Assembly: GCA_037441385.1 (NCBI GenBank)
Contig: JBBISH010000168.1
Coordinates: 1 to 10,899 of the forward strand
DNA length: 10,899 nucleotides
From: Myxococcales bacterium
GTDB lineage: Bacteria; Myxococcota_A; UBA9042
Direction of reading: 5' to 3'
Under the pieces are notes generated by a model. The model saw only the letters and a list, made by a program, of their open reading frames with translations, ran no database searches and was not told the origin of the DNA. Position numbers and translations under genes: made by a program. Below are positions 1 through 7,952 of the stretch, piece by piece. Positions within the stretch are counted from its first letter, which is position 1. Every line of letters starts with the position of its first letter.

Positions 1-431
1 GCCGTGTCGGCCACGCCGTCGTTGTCGTTGTCCAGGTCGCAGGCGTCGCCCAGGCTGTCGCCGTCGATGTTGGCTTGGTCGGCGTTGGCGGTGGCCGGGC
101 AATTGTCCTTGGTGTTGGCCACTCCGTCGCCGTCGGCATCACCGTCGCAGGCATCGCCTTGGCCATCCAAGTCCTCGTCGGCTTGGCTGGCGTTCGCAGT
201 GTACGGGCAGTTGTCTTGGCCGTTCGGCACGCCGTCGTTGTCCCAGTCGGGGTCGCAAGCGTCGCCGATGCCGTCGCTGTCGCTGTCGGTTTGGTCGGCG
301 CTGGCCAGGTTGGGGCAGTTGTCGCTGTCGTTCAAGATGCCGTCGCCGTCGATATCCGGGTCACACGCGTCGCCGATGCCGTCGCCGTCCATGTCGGCCT
401 GGTCGGGGTTGTCCACGCCGGGGCAGTTGTC
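1..431 (-). repeat. TSP3 repeat array within the CDS: four 36-aa (108-nt) units, continuing beyond the window
   Basis: DNCP codons begin at 431, 323, 215 and 107 (exact 108-nt period), e.g. DNCPGVDNPDQADMDGDGIGDACDPDIDGDGILNDS. This is the established TSP3 Ca2+-binding consensus. Confidence 0.93.
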
Positions 432-2438
432 GGCCGCCAACGTCAGACCAAAGATCGACAGGTTGGTGGTCACGCCGCAGACGACGTGCTTGGTCGTGTC
501 CGGGTTGGCGCGGCCGTCGAGCGTGCCGTTGATGACGGACCAAGTGCAGGTGGTGCCCGCGCAATTGTACTGCTGCAGCTTCACGGCCGCCTCTTGCGCT
601 GCCGAGAGTTGCAGGGCCTGCGGGTCGTAGCTCAGGCAGACCTCGACCAGACCCGGGAACTGTGCGCTGGTGTTGATGTTCAAGTACTGCTTGCCGTCCG
701 AGATCTGCAACAGGGAGTAGCCATCCGGCGCCGCCGGGCCCACGTCCGTCGCCGAAACGGTGGTGCTACCGCCGCCAGTAACCTGAGCGAAATCAAGGGT
801 CACGTTGCTCGGCTGGCCATTGGCGTCCTTGGGAACGACCACCACGTTGCTGCCCGCGGGGGTATCGGTCGCTTCGCCCAAGGTGATGGTCGAGTCGGCG
901 AACTTGGTCACCGAGCCGTTGACCGTGCCGTAGGCCTGGAAGTTGTAGGTGCCGGGCGTGCCGATGAGGCGCACGGCGGGGGTCGCGGCGCCGGTGACAT
1001 AGGCGTAGGCATAGGCGTACACGGTGCGGCCCGTGGCGGCGTCGTAGCGGCTGGCGTAGATGTAGGGGTTGGTGATGCCGATGGTGGGCGCGCCCGGCGG
1101 CTCGATGACGTCAAAGACGACTGAACCCGACGAGGTGGCCACGTCGATCGTGCCGATGTCGCTGCTGGTGCCGGCCGCCACCGTCTGGCTGGCCAAGCCG
1201 CCGTAGATGTACAGGTAGTTGTAGACCGTCACGCCCGTGTTCGGCGAGTTGAAGCCCAGGCTCACGTTGCTGGGGTTCCAGGTGCCGGGGGTCAGCACGC
1301 CGGTGAAGTCGCCGGTGTTGGCGTTGACGTAGGCTTGCGAGTAGCCACCGGCAGCGGGGCCGTAGCTCGGCAGCGTGTAGTCATAGTTGCCGCTGTAGGC
1401 CACATTGCCCCAGGCCAGCTGGCCGGCGTACGGGCCGCTCACCGCCACCTTGCCGCTGACTACCCCACCGTCGTAGACGAAGTCGCGCTGCTTCATGCCG
1501 CCGCCCTGCGTGACGCTGACGTAGTTGGGGTTCTGGTTGGGCAGCTGCAGCGAGTCGCCGTTGTTGAAGTATTCGTAGGCATACATGTAGTAGTCCGCCG
1601 GGGCCAGGCCCGTAAAGGCGTAGCTGGCGTTGTTGCCTTGCACGTACTTCGAGTTGTACGAACCGACGCTGTAGGCATAGGCGTAGACGTAGCCGGCATA
1701 GGGTTCCAGACCGCCCGGCGTATTGTTGACGCCGACCGAGCCGGTGATGCCCGCTGCGCAGTCGGCCGGCGAGACGTTGAGCGTGTAGGTGATGGTGGTG
1801 CTATCGCCTTCGGCCGGCGTCACCGTTTGGCTGCCCAGCGCCAGGGTCGTTGTGCAAGCGATGCCGCCGTTGCCGTCCGAAACCTGAACGCTGGCCGAGC
1901 CGTAGTAGGTGTTGCTCTGGCCGCCCACCGCTGGCATCGCGGCGTCCGAGCCGTCGTAGCGGTAGGCCTGCAGCGACGACGACGTGCTGCCGACCGAGGA
2001 GTTGCCCTGGTACTGGCTGGACACCAATGTGCCGCCCGTGACCGCGACGTGCGAGGTGACGGTGGCGCCCGGCAAGCGCAGATCGACGCTGGTCGCGCCG
2101 CCACCCGGGACCGCAATGTTCAGGCCCCAGCGGTTGATGTAGACGTACAAGTAGCCGTTGCTGGTGTTCTTGTAACTTTGCGTATAGGCAGACGAATAGG
2201 ACTGCTGTCCTTCAATCGTCATGCTGAAGGTGTCGCCGGTGTAGTTGGTCGACGACTGGAAGCCACCGGAGTTGCCCGACACGCTGGCGTAGCCGCTGTC
2301 AAAGCTCCAGTTGGTGAGTCCGGCGGTGCCGTTGATGGTGCCCGGGTGCAGCACGACATCGGCCCAGGCCGCCGCCGCACCCACCAGTGCAGTGACCCCG
2401 GCAGCCAAGGCCAGGATCCGTAAGGTTTTGTTTCTCAT
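1..2438 (-). CDS. Large secreted/surface protein (>812 aa, 3' end beyond window): signal peptide, Tyr/Ser/Thr/Gly-rich beta-sandwich domains, ZU5-like domain, thrombospondin type 3 (TSP3) Ca-binding repeats
   Basis: Translated by hand: ATG at 2438 (CAT 2436-2438) with upstream GGAG (CTGGAGAAAGCA-ATG). Starts MRNKTLRILALAAGVTALVGAAAWA|DVVLHPG (Sec signal, AWA cleavage). No stop down to position 3. YAFTGLAPADYYMY (~1574-1622) resembles carboxypeptidase-regulatory/prealbumin-like folds. C-terminal DNCPxxxNxDQxDxDGDGxGDACD repeats. Absent from the ORF track because no stop lies in the window. Confidence 0.93.
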   Translation of the reverse strand, partial: MRNKTLRILALAAGVTALVGAAAAWADVVLHPGTINGTAGLTNWSFDSGYASVSGNSGGFQSSTNYTGDTFSMTIEGQQSYSSAYTQSYKNTSNGYLYVYINRWGLNIAVPGGGATSVDLRLPGATVTSHVAVTGGTLVSSQYQGNSSVGSTSSSLQAYRYDGSDAAMPAVGGQSNTYYGSASVQVSDGNGGIACTTTLALGSQTVTPAEGDSTTITYTLNVSPADCAAGITGSVGVNNTPGGLEPYAGYVYAYAYSVGSYNSKYVQGNNASYAFTGLAPADYYMYAYEYFNNGDSLQLPNQNPNYVSVTQGGGMKQRDFVYDGGVVSGKVAVSGPYAGQLAWGNVAYSGNYDYTLPSYGPAAGGYSQAYVNANTGDFTGVLTPGTWNPSNVSLGFNSPNTGVTVYNYLYIYGGLASQTVAAGTSSDIGTIDVATSSGSVVFDVIEPPGAPTIGITNPYIYASRYDAATGRTVYAYAYAYVTGAATPAVRLIGTPGTYNFQAYGTVNGSVTKFADSTITLGEATDTPAGSNVVVVPKDANGQPSNVTLDFAQVTGGGSTTVSATDVGPAAPDGYSLLQISDGKQYLNINTSAQFPGLVEVCLSYDPQALQLSAAQEAAVKLQQYNCAGTTCTWSVINGTLDGRANPDTTKHVVCGVTTNLSIFGLTLAADNCPGVDNPDQADMDGDGIGDACDPDIDGDGILNDSDNCPNLASADQTDSDSDGIGDACDPDWDNDGVPNGQDNCPYTANASQADEDLDGQGDACDGDADGDGVANTKDNCPATANADQANIDGDSLGDACDLDNDNDGVADT

Positions 2439-2460
2439 TGCTTTCTCCAGGCGTTGGCCA

Positions 2461-3066
2461 TCACGGCTGGGAGCCGCGCATGGCGAGTGGGGGCGTCCAA
2501 CCGGCCCGGTCGGGGACCGGAATGGCGACGACCTCTTGGAACTTCGGCTCCTGACCACCAGGACCGACGGGGATATCGAGGGGTTGGCCCACCAGCGACT
2601 GCAGGCACGACCAGACCGGGGTCTGCCGCAGGGCGTCGACGGCGGCGGGCGGGCCAACCGGCATGAATTCAGCGATCTTGAAGTGCTCCTGGCCGTCGGT
2701 GGGCGTCGTGCGCTCAAAATGGAGCACCAGCCGCTGGTTCGACCGCGGTCCCGCGGGCGCGGCCAAGCAACGGTCCAAGTTGGCCATCAGTCGCGGCTGC
2801 AGCTGGGCGACCGCTTGGCGACGGCGTTGGTCTCGCGCCTGCAGATCGGCCATGGGCACTGCGCCTTGGGCGCTTGGCTGCGCCGCCGCGGGGCTCTGCG
2901 GCCTGGCGTTCGCTGGGGCCAAGGCCGACTGGGCAGCCTGCGGCGCCTTGCCAGCGGCAGCGACCGCGTCTGCATCCACGTCGCCGGGCCGGGCGGGCCC
3001 CGCCCACAGGAGCCACACCATTCCAGAAATTGTTGCAATCACTAGGAGCCAAAGGGCCTTTTGCAT
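2461..3066 (-). CDS. Hypothetical membrane-anchored exported protein (201 aa), Ala/Pro linker, C-terminal two-Cys domain (possibly TonB-C/AgmX-like)
   Basis: The likely start is ATG 3066 (MQKALWLLVIATISGMVWLLWAG, a hydrophobic anchor) rather than 3156. Stop TGA at 2461-2463, 22 bp upstream of the TSP3 gene start on the same strand. Cys pair in LDRCL...WSCLQS. Confidence 0.7.
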   Translation of the reverse strand: MQKALWLLVIATISGMVWLLWAGPARPGDVDADAVAAAGKAPQAAQSALAPANARPQSPAAAQPSAQGAVPMADLQARDQRRRQAVAQLQPRLMANLDRCLAAPAGPRSNQRLVLHFERTTPTDGQEHFKIAEFMPVGPPAAVDALRQTPVWSCLQSLVGQPLDIPVGPGGQEPKFQEVVAIPVPDRAGWTPPLAMRGSQP

Positions 3067-3383
3067 AGTCGTCCAGGGCGCGAAGGGCGGGTGCTGCTTC
3101 GCCTGCAAGCGGACCAATCCGCAGAACTGGGGCGATTGTTCGGTTTGCGTCCACACTGTCGATAGGCGGAGTGGAAGACGGCAGGATTAATTGGTGTTTT
3201 CTTGCGACAACATACAGATGTACCTGCCAACTGATGCGCACCCCAACTCGGGCCCCAGGAATTGCCAAGGTGTTCCGGGCCGATCCGGGCGGATCCCACA
3301 GGATGCGTTGAGGCGCCCGGCGTCGCGCCGCAGCGCCGGGGCCAAACTGGGCTCTCGCCCCGAAATCAGCAGAAAACTTGGCG

Positions 3384-3412
3384 TTGACTGGGATCGGTGG
3401 GCGACGTAGGCT
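3384..3412 (+). promoter_or_regulatory. Sigma70-like promoter for the patatin gene
   Basis: TTGACT (3384-3389), 17-bp spacer, TAGGCT (3407-3412). The spacing is ideal and the -10 is typical of GC-rich bacteria. Predicted TSS ~3418-3420. Confidence 0.55.
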
Positions 3413-3460
3413 CGCCAGCGCCCCGGCCGCAAGGTCCGGAAAGGCGAAAGCGATGGGGGC

Positions 3461-3544
3461 CCAGAGTGCGCGACCTAGAGTGCGCGACCTAGAGTGCGCG
3501 ACCTAGAGTGCGCGGCCTAGAGTGCGCGACCTAGAGTGCGCGGC
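3461..3544 (+). repeat. Tandem array of six 14-bp units (CTAGAGTGCGCG[A/G]C)
   Basis: Units start at 3461 (CCAG variant), 3475, 3489, 3503 (GGC variant), 3517 and 3531 (GGC variant). Head-to-tail with no spacers. Confidence 0.97.
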
Positions 3545-3583
3545 GCGCTTCCGAGTTTCTGCCCAGAGTTCCCAGGGAGTGCC

Positions 3584-5434
3584 ATGAGTCCGGACCTTGC
3601 CCAGCTGAAGCCCGTCGTCGCCGCCTTGCGCCACTCGGCCCTGCTGCAGAACATTCCCTTGCGCCAGTTGACCGCGCTGGCCGAGGCGGCCACGGAAGTG
3701 CAGGTGAGTCAAGGCGATGTGGTCTACGACGCCGGGGTCGACGCGGACGCCTTCTACGTGGTTCGGTCGGGTCGACTGCAGGACTTTGGCCGCGACGCCA
3801 CGGGCAAGCCGCTTTTGCGCCGGCAGTTGCGCCCGGGCGACACGTTTGGCGAGACCGCGGTGGTGCTGGCGCAGCCGACCCGGTCGCGGGTCATCGCCAA
3901 CGAGGCGACGGTGCTGGCCCGGATCGCCGCGGCGGACCTGCACAAGGCCATGGCCAACTCGGCCGCGGTCCGGCGGGCGATTCACGCCGCGGCTCACCCC
4001 GAGGTGGAGGCGCTGGCCACTGCGCTCACCCAACACGATGCCGACAATGCCGACCTGGTCGCGATCGAGGGTCCCGATGGCTGGCCGGCGACCGCTTTGA
4101 TCCAGGCCTTGGCCGAGGCCTTGACGCTGAACCACCGCGACCGCGTGGCGATCGTGCATGTGGCCACGGCAACGCGGAACCCCAGCGCCTTGCCCAAGCC
4201 GAGTGCGGACGGCGTCGTGCACCTGCAAGTGGGGCCGGATCCGCACGCCACGCTGCTGGGCGCCTTTGGCAAGGCGCTGCGGGCCGGAGTGGATGCAATC
4301 CTTTTGGACCTACAGGCGCTGCAGGAGGGCGAGCGCCGCACGTGGGTCGAGCACGCGACCAAGGTGGCCAGCTTGCGGCCCCCCGGTAGCCGGCAGCCGC
4401 TGGTCGGCGTTCTGGACGCCGCGATGCGGTGCGAGTCGGTGCTGATGCCCGAGACGGGCTCGGTGTACCCGCATGTGTTGCCCACCGGCGCGGCGCGGGT
4501 GCGGATGACGCCTAGCGACCTGGGCACGCCGATCGACCGCTGGAGCCGCGCGAACCGGAACGCGCTGGACAAGTGGGCTCGCCACGTCAGCGACCGCAGC
4601 GTGGGCCTGGCGCTGGGCGGCGGCGGCGCGTGGGGCTACGCCCATGTCGCGCTGATCGAAGAACTGACGGCGCGCCAAGTTCCCATCGACATCGTCGCTG
4701 GCGTGAGTTTTGGCTCGATGGTGGGCGCCTACTACTGCGCGGCCGGCGCAGAGGGCTTGAACAAGTTGGTGGCGGCCGGGCCGCGGTTCGCGATCGCGGT
4801 CCAGGGCGCGATCTTCAGCTCGATGGTTATCGGCGCCCAAGTCAAGTTCGACGTGGGCGACCACTGGCTCGAAGATTTGGACACCGTGTTTCTGCCCGTG
4901 GCGTGCGACATCGCTGCGGCCGAGACTACGGCGATCCGCGGGGTGAATTTGGCCCTGGGCACCACCGCCAGCGGCTCGTTTCCCACCGTCTTTGGCCCCA
5001 CCACCGCCATGGACCCGGTCGCCGGCAAGTTGCGCCGCTATGTCGACGGCGGCATCAGCGACAACGTGCCGGACGGCGCCATCCTGGCCGAGGGCGCCGA
5101 CCTGGTCATCGCTTCCAACATCGTGCCGCCGCCGCAGGCCCAGCCAGCGCCCAAGCCTTTGTTCCCGGGCACGCTTGGGCTTGTGCTGCACGCCCTCAAT
5201 CCGGTGCAGCGTTTGCTGGACGGCTATCGCTCCACGTTCATGCTGTTTCACACGGCCGGCAATTCCGAGCAGCTCGCGGTGGATGCATCGATGCACACCA
5301 CCATGTCCAACTATCTGCCCATTTCTTTCGAGCGGGCGCGCGACATCGTGGCCGAAGCGCGCGAAGCCGCCCGCGCCACCGCCGACCACGCCGCCCTGCG
5401 CTGGAAGGCGATGCAAGGGCGCGGATTCTCTTGA
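3584..5434 (+). CDS. Cyclic nucleotide-binding domain + patatin-like phospholipase (NTE/RssA-like), 616 aa
   Basis: ATG 3584 preceded by AGGGAG. The cNMP domain includes FYVVRSGRL...LRPGDTFGETAVV. Patatin motifs: GLALGGGGAWG (Gly-rich loop ~4616-4636), GVSFG nucleophile elbow (4700-4714), DGG (5045-5053). The track's 3536 start falls inside the tandem repeat. Confidence 0.93.
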   Translation: MSPDLAQLKPVVAALRHSALLQNIPLRQLTALAEAATEVQVSQGDVVYDAGVDADAFYVVRSGRLQDFGRDATGKPLLRRQLRPGDTFGETAVVLAQPTRSRVIANEATVLARIAAADLHKAMANSAAVRRAIHAAAHPEVEALATALTQHDADNADLVAIEGPDGWPATALIQALAEALTLNHRDRVAIVHVATATRNPSALPKPSADGVVHLQVGPDPHATLLGAFGKALRAGVDAILLDLQALQEGERRTWVEHATKVASLRPPGSRQPLVGVLDAAMRCESVLMPETGSVYPHVLPTGAARVRMTPSDLGTPIDRWSRANRNALDKWARHVSDRSVGLALGGGGAWGYAHVALIEELTARQVPIDIVAGVSFGSMVGAYYCAAGAEGLNKLVAAGPRFAIAVQGAIFSSMVIGAQVKFDVGDHWLEDLDTVFLPVACDIAAAETTAIRGVNLALGTTASGSFPTVFGPTTAMDPVAGKLRRYVDGGISDNVPDGAILAEGADLVIASNIVPPPQAQPAPKPLFPGTLGLVLHALNPVQRLLDGYRSTFMLFHTAGNSEQLAVDASMHTTMSNYLPISFERARDIVAEAREAARATADHAALRWKAMQGRGFS

Positions 5435-5513
5435 AGCTTTGAGCTTGCGGCTGAAATTGGGCCGGCCAAATCGCGGGGGGGCTGCGCGGCAGGTGCGCGG
5501 CCTGCGTCACCTC

Positions 5514-5542
5514 TTGCCGCTCGCCCTGGGCGCCGCCACAAT
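5514..5542 (+). promoter_or_regulatory. Possible sigma70-like promoter for the GH92 gene
   Basis: TTGCCG (5514-5519), 17-bp spacer, CACAAT (5537-5542), ~40 bp upstream of ATG 5583. Confidence 0.35.
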
Positions 5543-5582
5543 CGCGGCCATCAGGCGGTGTACGCCCGACCGAGACCCGCCC

Positions 5583-7952
5583 ATGATCCGCCCGCTCCGC
5601 CTTTGGTTCGCCTGGTTCCCGGCCATCCTCGCCTGCAGTTCACCGGCGGCCACGGGCAGTTCGGCCGACGCCAGCGCCGATGCGCCCAGCCCATGGGATC
5701 AAGACAGCGCCGCCGACACGGCCACCGCCAGCGACAGCGCGGGCGATGCCACCACGGTGACCGATCCCTGGGCCGCGCTGCCGCATGCCGGCGCTGTGGA
5801 TCCGCTCATCGGCACTGGCTTTTCGGTCGCCAACGTCGGCAGCGCCATCCCGGGACCCACCGTACCGTTTGGCTTGGTCAAGTGCAGCCCCGACACGAGC
5901 AACGCTGGCGGCATGCTGGGCGCCATCCACTGCGCGGGCTACCAGCACAATGACCCGTACCTCCACGCCTTTTCGCACAATCACCTGCAGGGCACTGGCG
6001 CGCCCGACTATGGCAACGTCGCCGTGCTGCCGTTTGCCACCATCGGACCGGCAATTACCAGCCGCAACGGCCGCCGCAGCACCTATAGCCACGCCAGCGA
6101 AGTGGCGCGCGCCGGCTACTACGCCGTGACCCTGGACGGCCCACAAGCCCGCCACGAGCTGACCGCCACCGCTCACTGCGGCGTTCACCGGACCACCTTC
6201 CTCGCTAGCGCGACGGGCGGCGTGCTCATCGACCTCAGCGAGGCCATTTCGGGCGGCAAGGTCACCGCCGCCCAAGTGCAAATCGACCCCGCCACCCAGC
6301 AGGTGACCGGTACGCTCCACAATTTTGGCGACTTCTCGAATCGCTACGGCGGGTTCGACGTGTACTTTGTCGCGCGATTTTCGCGGCCGTGGCAGGCGGC
6401 GGGCACCTGGACTACCGGCGGCTTGCAGCCCGGCAGCGCCAGCGCGAGCGAGCCGCAGCCGCCAGAGGGCCAGGACCGCGTCAACCTGGGCATGTACGCG
6501 CAGTTTGCCGGCGCGACCACCCAGCCCATCGAGCTGCAGGTGTGCCTGTCGTATGTCGATGCCGCGGGCGCGCTGGCCAATTTCCAGGCCGAGGTGGCGG
6601 GCAAGACCTTTGACAGCGTGCGGCAGCAGGCGGCACAGGGCTGGGAGTCCGAGCTTGCGCGCGTGGACATTCAGGGCGCAACTGCGGATGAGGCCAAGAT
6701 TTTCTACTCTGCGCTGTACCGGGCCATGAGCATGCCGACGCTGTGGAGCGACGTGGATGGCCGCTATCGCGGCTTTGATGGCGGCATCCACCAGACCACG
6801 GGCTGGAAGTACTACACCGATCTGTCGCTGTGGGACACGTTCCGCACAGCACACCCGCTGTTTGCGCTGCTCTTTCCCGAACGGGCCCGCGATGTGATGC
6901 GGTCGCTGCAGGCGATGGCCGAGCAGAAGGGGTGCCTGCCGCAGTGGGCGATGGGTGCGGGCGACACGGGCAGCATGATCGGGCAGCACGCCCTGTCGGC
7001 GCTGGCCGATGCAGTGGCCAAGGGTATCCAAGACTTCGACGTCAAAGGGGTCTATGCCGTGGCGCGCCACCAACTGGTCGACGCGCCGGCGACGACGGGC
7101 TGTGGCGGGCTTGACGCCATGGCGGCCTTTGACCAGCGCGGCTGGGTGGCCATCGAAGACAACAAAAGTTCCGTGGCGCTAACCCTAGAGTATTCCTACA
7201 ACTATTCGGCTTTGGCGGTGTTGGCCGATGCCGTGGGCCTGCCGGACGAGGCGAGTCAATGGCGGGCGCGCGCCAAGGGCTACCAAGCGCTCTTCGACCC
7301 CGAGACGCAGTTTTTCCGCCCACGCCACCAAGACGGCACCTGGCTGCAGCCCTTCGACTCGCTGTCGTGGGATTTTGGCAACAACTACTTTGTAGAGGGG
7401 ACGGCCTGGCAGTGGAACTTCTTTGCGCCCCACGACCCCCAGGGCCTGATGGCGCTGTTCCCCAGCAAGGCCGCGTTTGTCGCGAAACTACAGAGCTTCT
7501 TTGAGCAGGCCAAGGCCGGCTTCAAGTTCGCAGTGCCCAGTTCGTATTACTACCAGGGCAACGAGCCCGACATGCTGGCTTCGGCACTGTTCCTGGCCGC
7601 CGCCAAGCCCGAACTGGCCGACCAGTGGACGCGCTGGGTCTACGACGCCTGCTACACCACCGCCGCCGACGGTCTGGTGGGCAACGACGACGCGGGGACG
7701 CTGTCGGCCTGGGCGGTGCTGGCGGCACTGGGCTTGTATCCGCGGCCAGGCGATGCGGGCTGGGACCTAGTGGCGCCGCGTTTTGACCACGCGACCGTCC
7801 ACTTGGGCGCGGCCGTGCTCCAAATCGACGCGCCGGGCGCTCACGACGCCAAGAAATTCGGCAGCAGCGCCAAGTGGAACGGCACGGACCTGGGCAAGCG
7901 TTACCTCTTGCATAGCCAGCTGATCAAGGGCGGCACGCTCGGCTTTGACTAG
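5583..7952 (+). CDS. Glycoside hydrolase family 92 (alpha-mannosidase), lipoprotein, 789 aa
   Basis: ATG 5583: MIRPLRLWFAWFPAILAC (lipobox, Cys18), then a Ser/Ala/Asp/Thr linker. GH92 motifs: VDPLIGT, PGPTVPFGLVKCSPDT, FSHNHLQGTG, FYSALYR, SLWDTFR, TLEYSY, FVEGTAWQW (general-acid Glu region), GNEP, GNDDAGTLSAW. The 4992 start in the track overlaps the patatin gene and is not credible. Confidence 0.95.
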   Translation: MIRPLRLWFAWFPAILACSSPAATGSSADASADAPSPWDQDSAADTATASDSAGDATTVTDPWAALPHAGAVDPLIGTGFSVANVGSAIPGPTVPFGLVKCSPDTSNAGGMLGAIHCAGYQHNDPYLHAFSHNHLQGTGAPDYGNVAVLPFATIGPAITSRNGRRSTYSHASEVARAGYYAVTLDGPQARHELTATAHCGVHRTTFLASATGGVLIDLSEAISGGKVTAAQVQIDPATQQVTGTLHNFGDFSNRYGGFDVYFVARFSRPWQAAGTWTTGGLQPGSASASEPQPPEGQDRVNLGMYAQFAGATTQPIELQVCLSYVDAAGALANFQAEVAGKTFDSVRQQAAQGWESELARVDIQGATADEAKIFYSALYRAMSMPTLWSDVDGRYRGFDGGIHQTTGWKYYTDLSLWDTFRTAHPLFALLFPERARDVMRSLQAMAEQKGCLPQWAMGAGDTGSMIGQHALSALADAVAKGIQDFDVKGVYAVARHQLVDAPATTGCGGLDAMAAFDQRGWVAIEDNKSSVALTLEYSYNYSALAVLADAVGLPDEASQWRARAKGYQALFDPETQFFRPRHQDGTWLQPFDSLSWDFGNNYFVEGTAWQWNFFAPHDPQGLMALFPSKAAFVAKLQSFFEQAKAGFKFAVPSSYYYQGNEPDMLASALFLAAAKPELADQWTRWVYDACYTTAADGLVGNDDAGTLSAWAVLAALGLYPRPGDAGWDLVAPRFDHATVHLGAAVLQIDAPGAHDAKKFGSSAKWNGTDLGKRYLLHSQLIKGGTLGFD

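Noticed and set aside
4..2423. Long plus-strand ORFs 4..630, 75..1124 and 1335..2423
   Set aside because: Antisense shadows of the minus-strand TSP3 protein, which has a signal peptide, an RBS and recognisable repeats.
3191..3205. Possible sigma54 site TGGTGTTTTCTTGC
   Set aside because: GG-to-GC spacing is 9 nt rather than the required 10.
3428..3455. Resemblance of AGGTCCGGAAAGG to the SRP RNA helix 8 motif
   Set aside because: Lacks the CAGG...AGCAG internal loop and the long flanking helix.
3461..3544. Tandem array as a CRISPR array or replication iterons
   Set aside because: No spacers, a unit of only 14 bp, and no cas or rep gene in the window.
3584..5434. Patatin as a CBASS/Pycsar anti-phage effector
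   Set aside because: No cyclase or other defence gene nearby; the architecture matches NTE/RssA-like proteins.
5486..5520. Imperfect hairpin after the patatin gene as an intrinsic terminator
   Set aside because: No U tract, and such a stem is unremarkable at this GC content.
4992..5582. N-terminal extension of the GH92 ORF given in the track
   Set aside because: It overlaps the patatin gene in another frame; the lipoprotein signal begins at ATG 5583.
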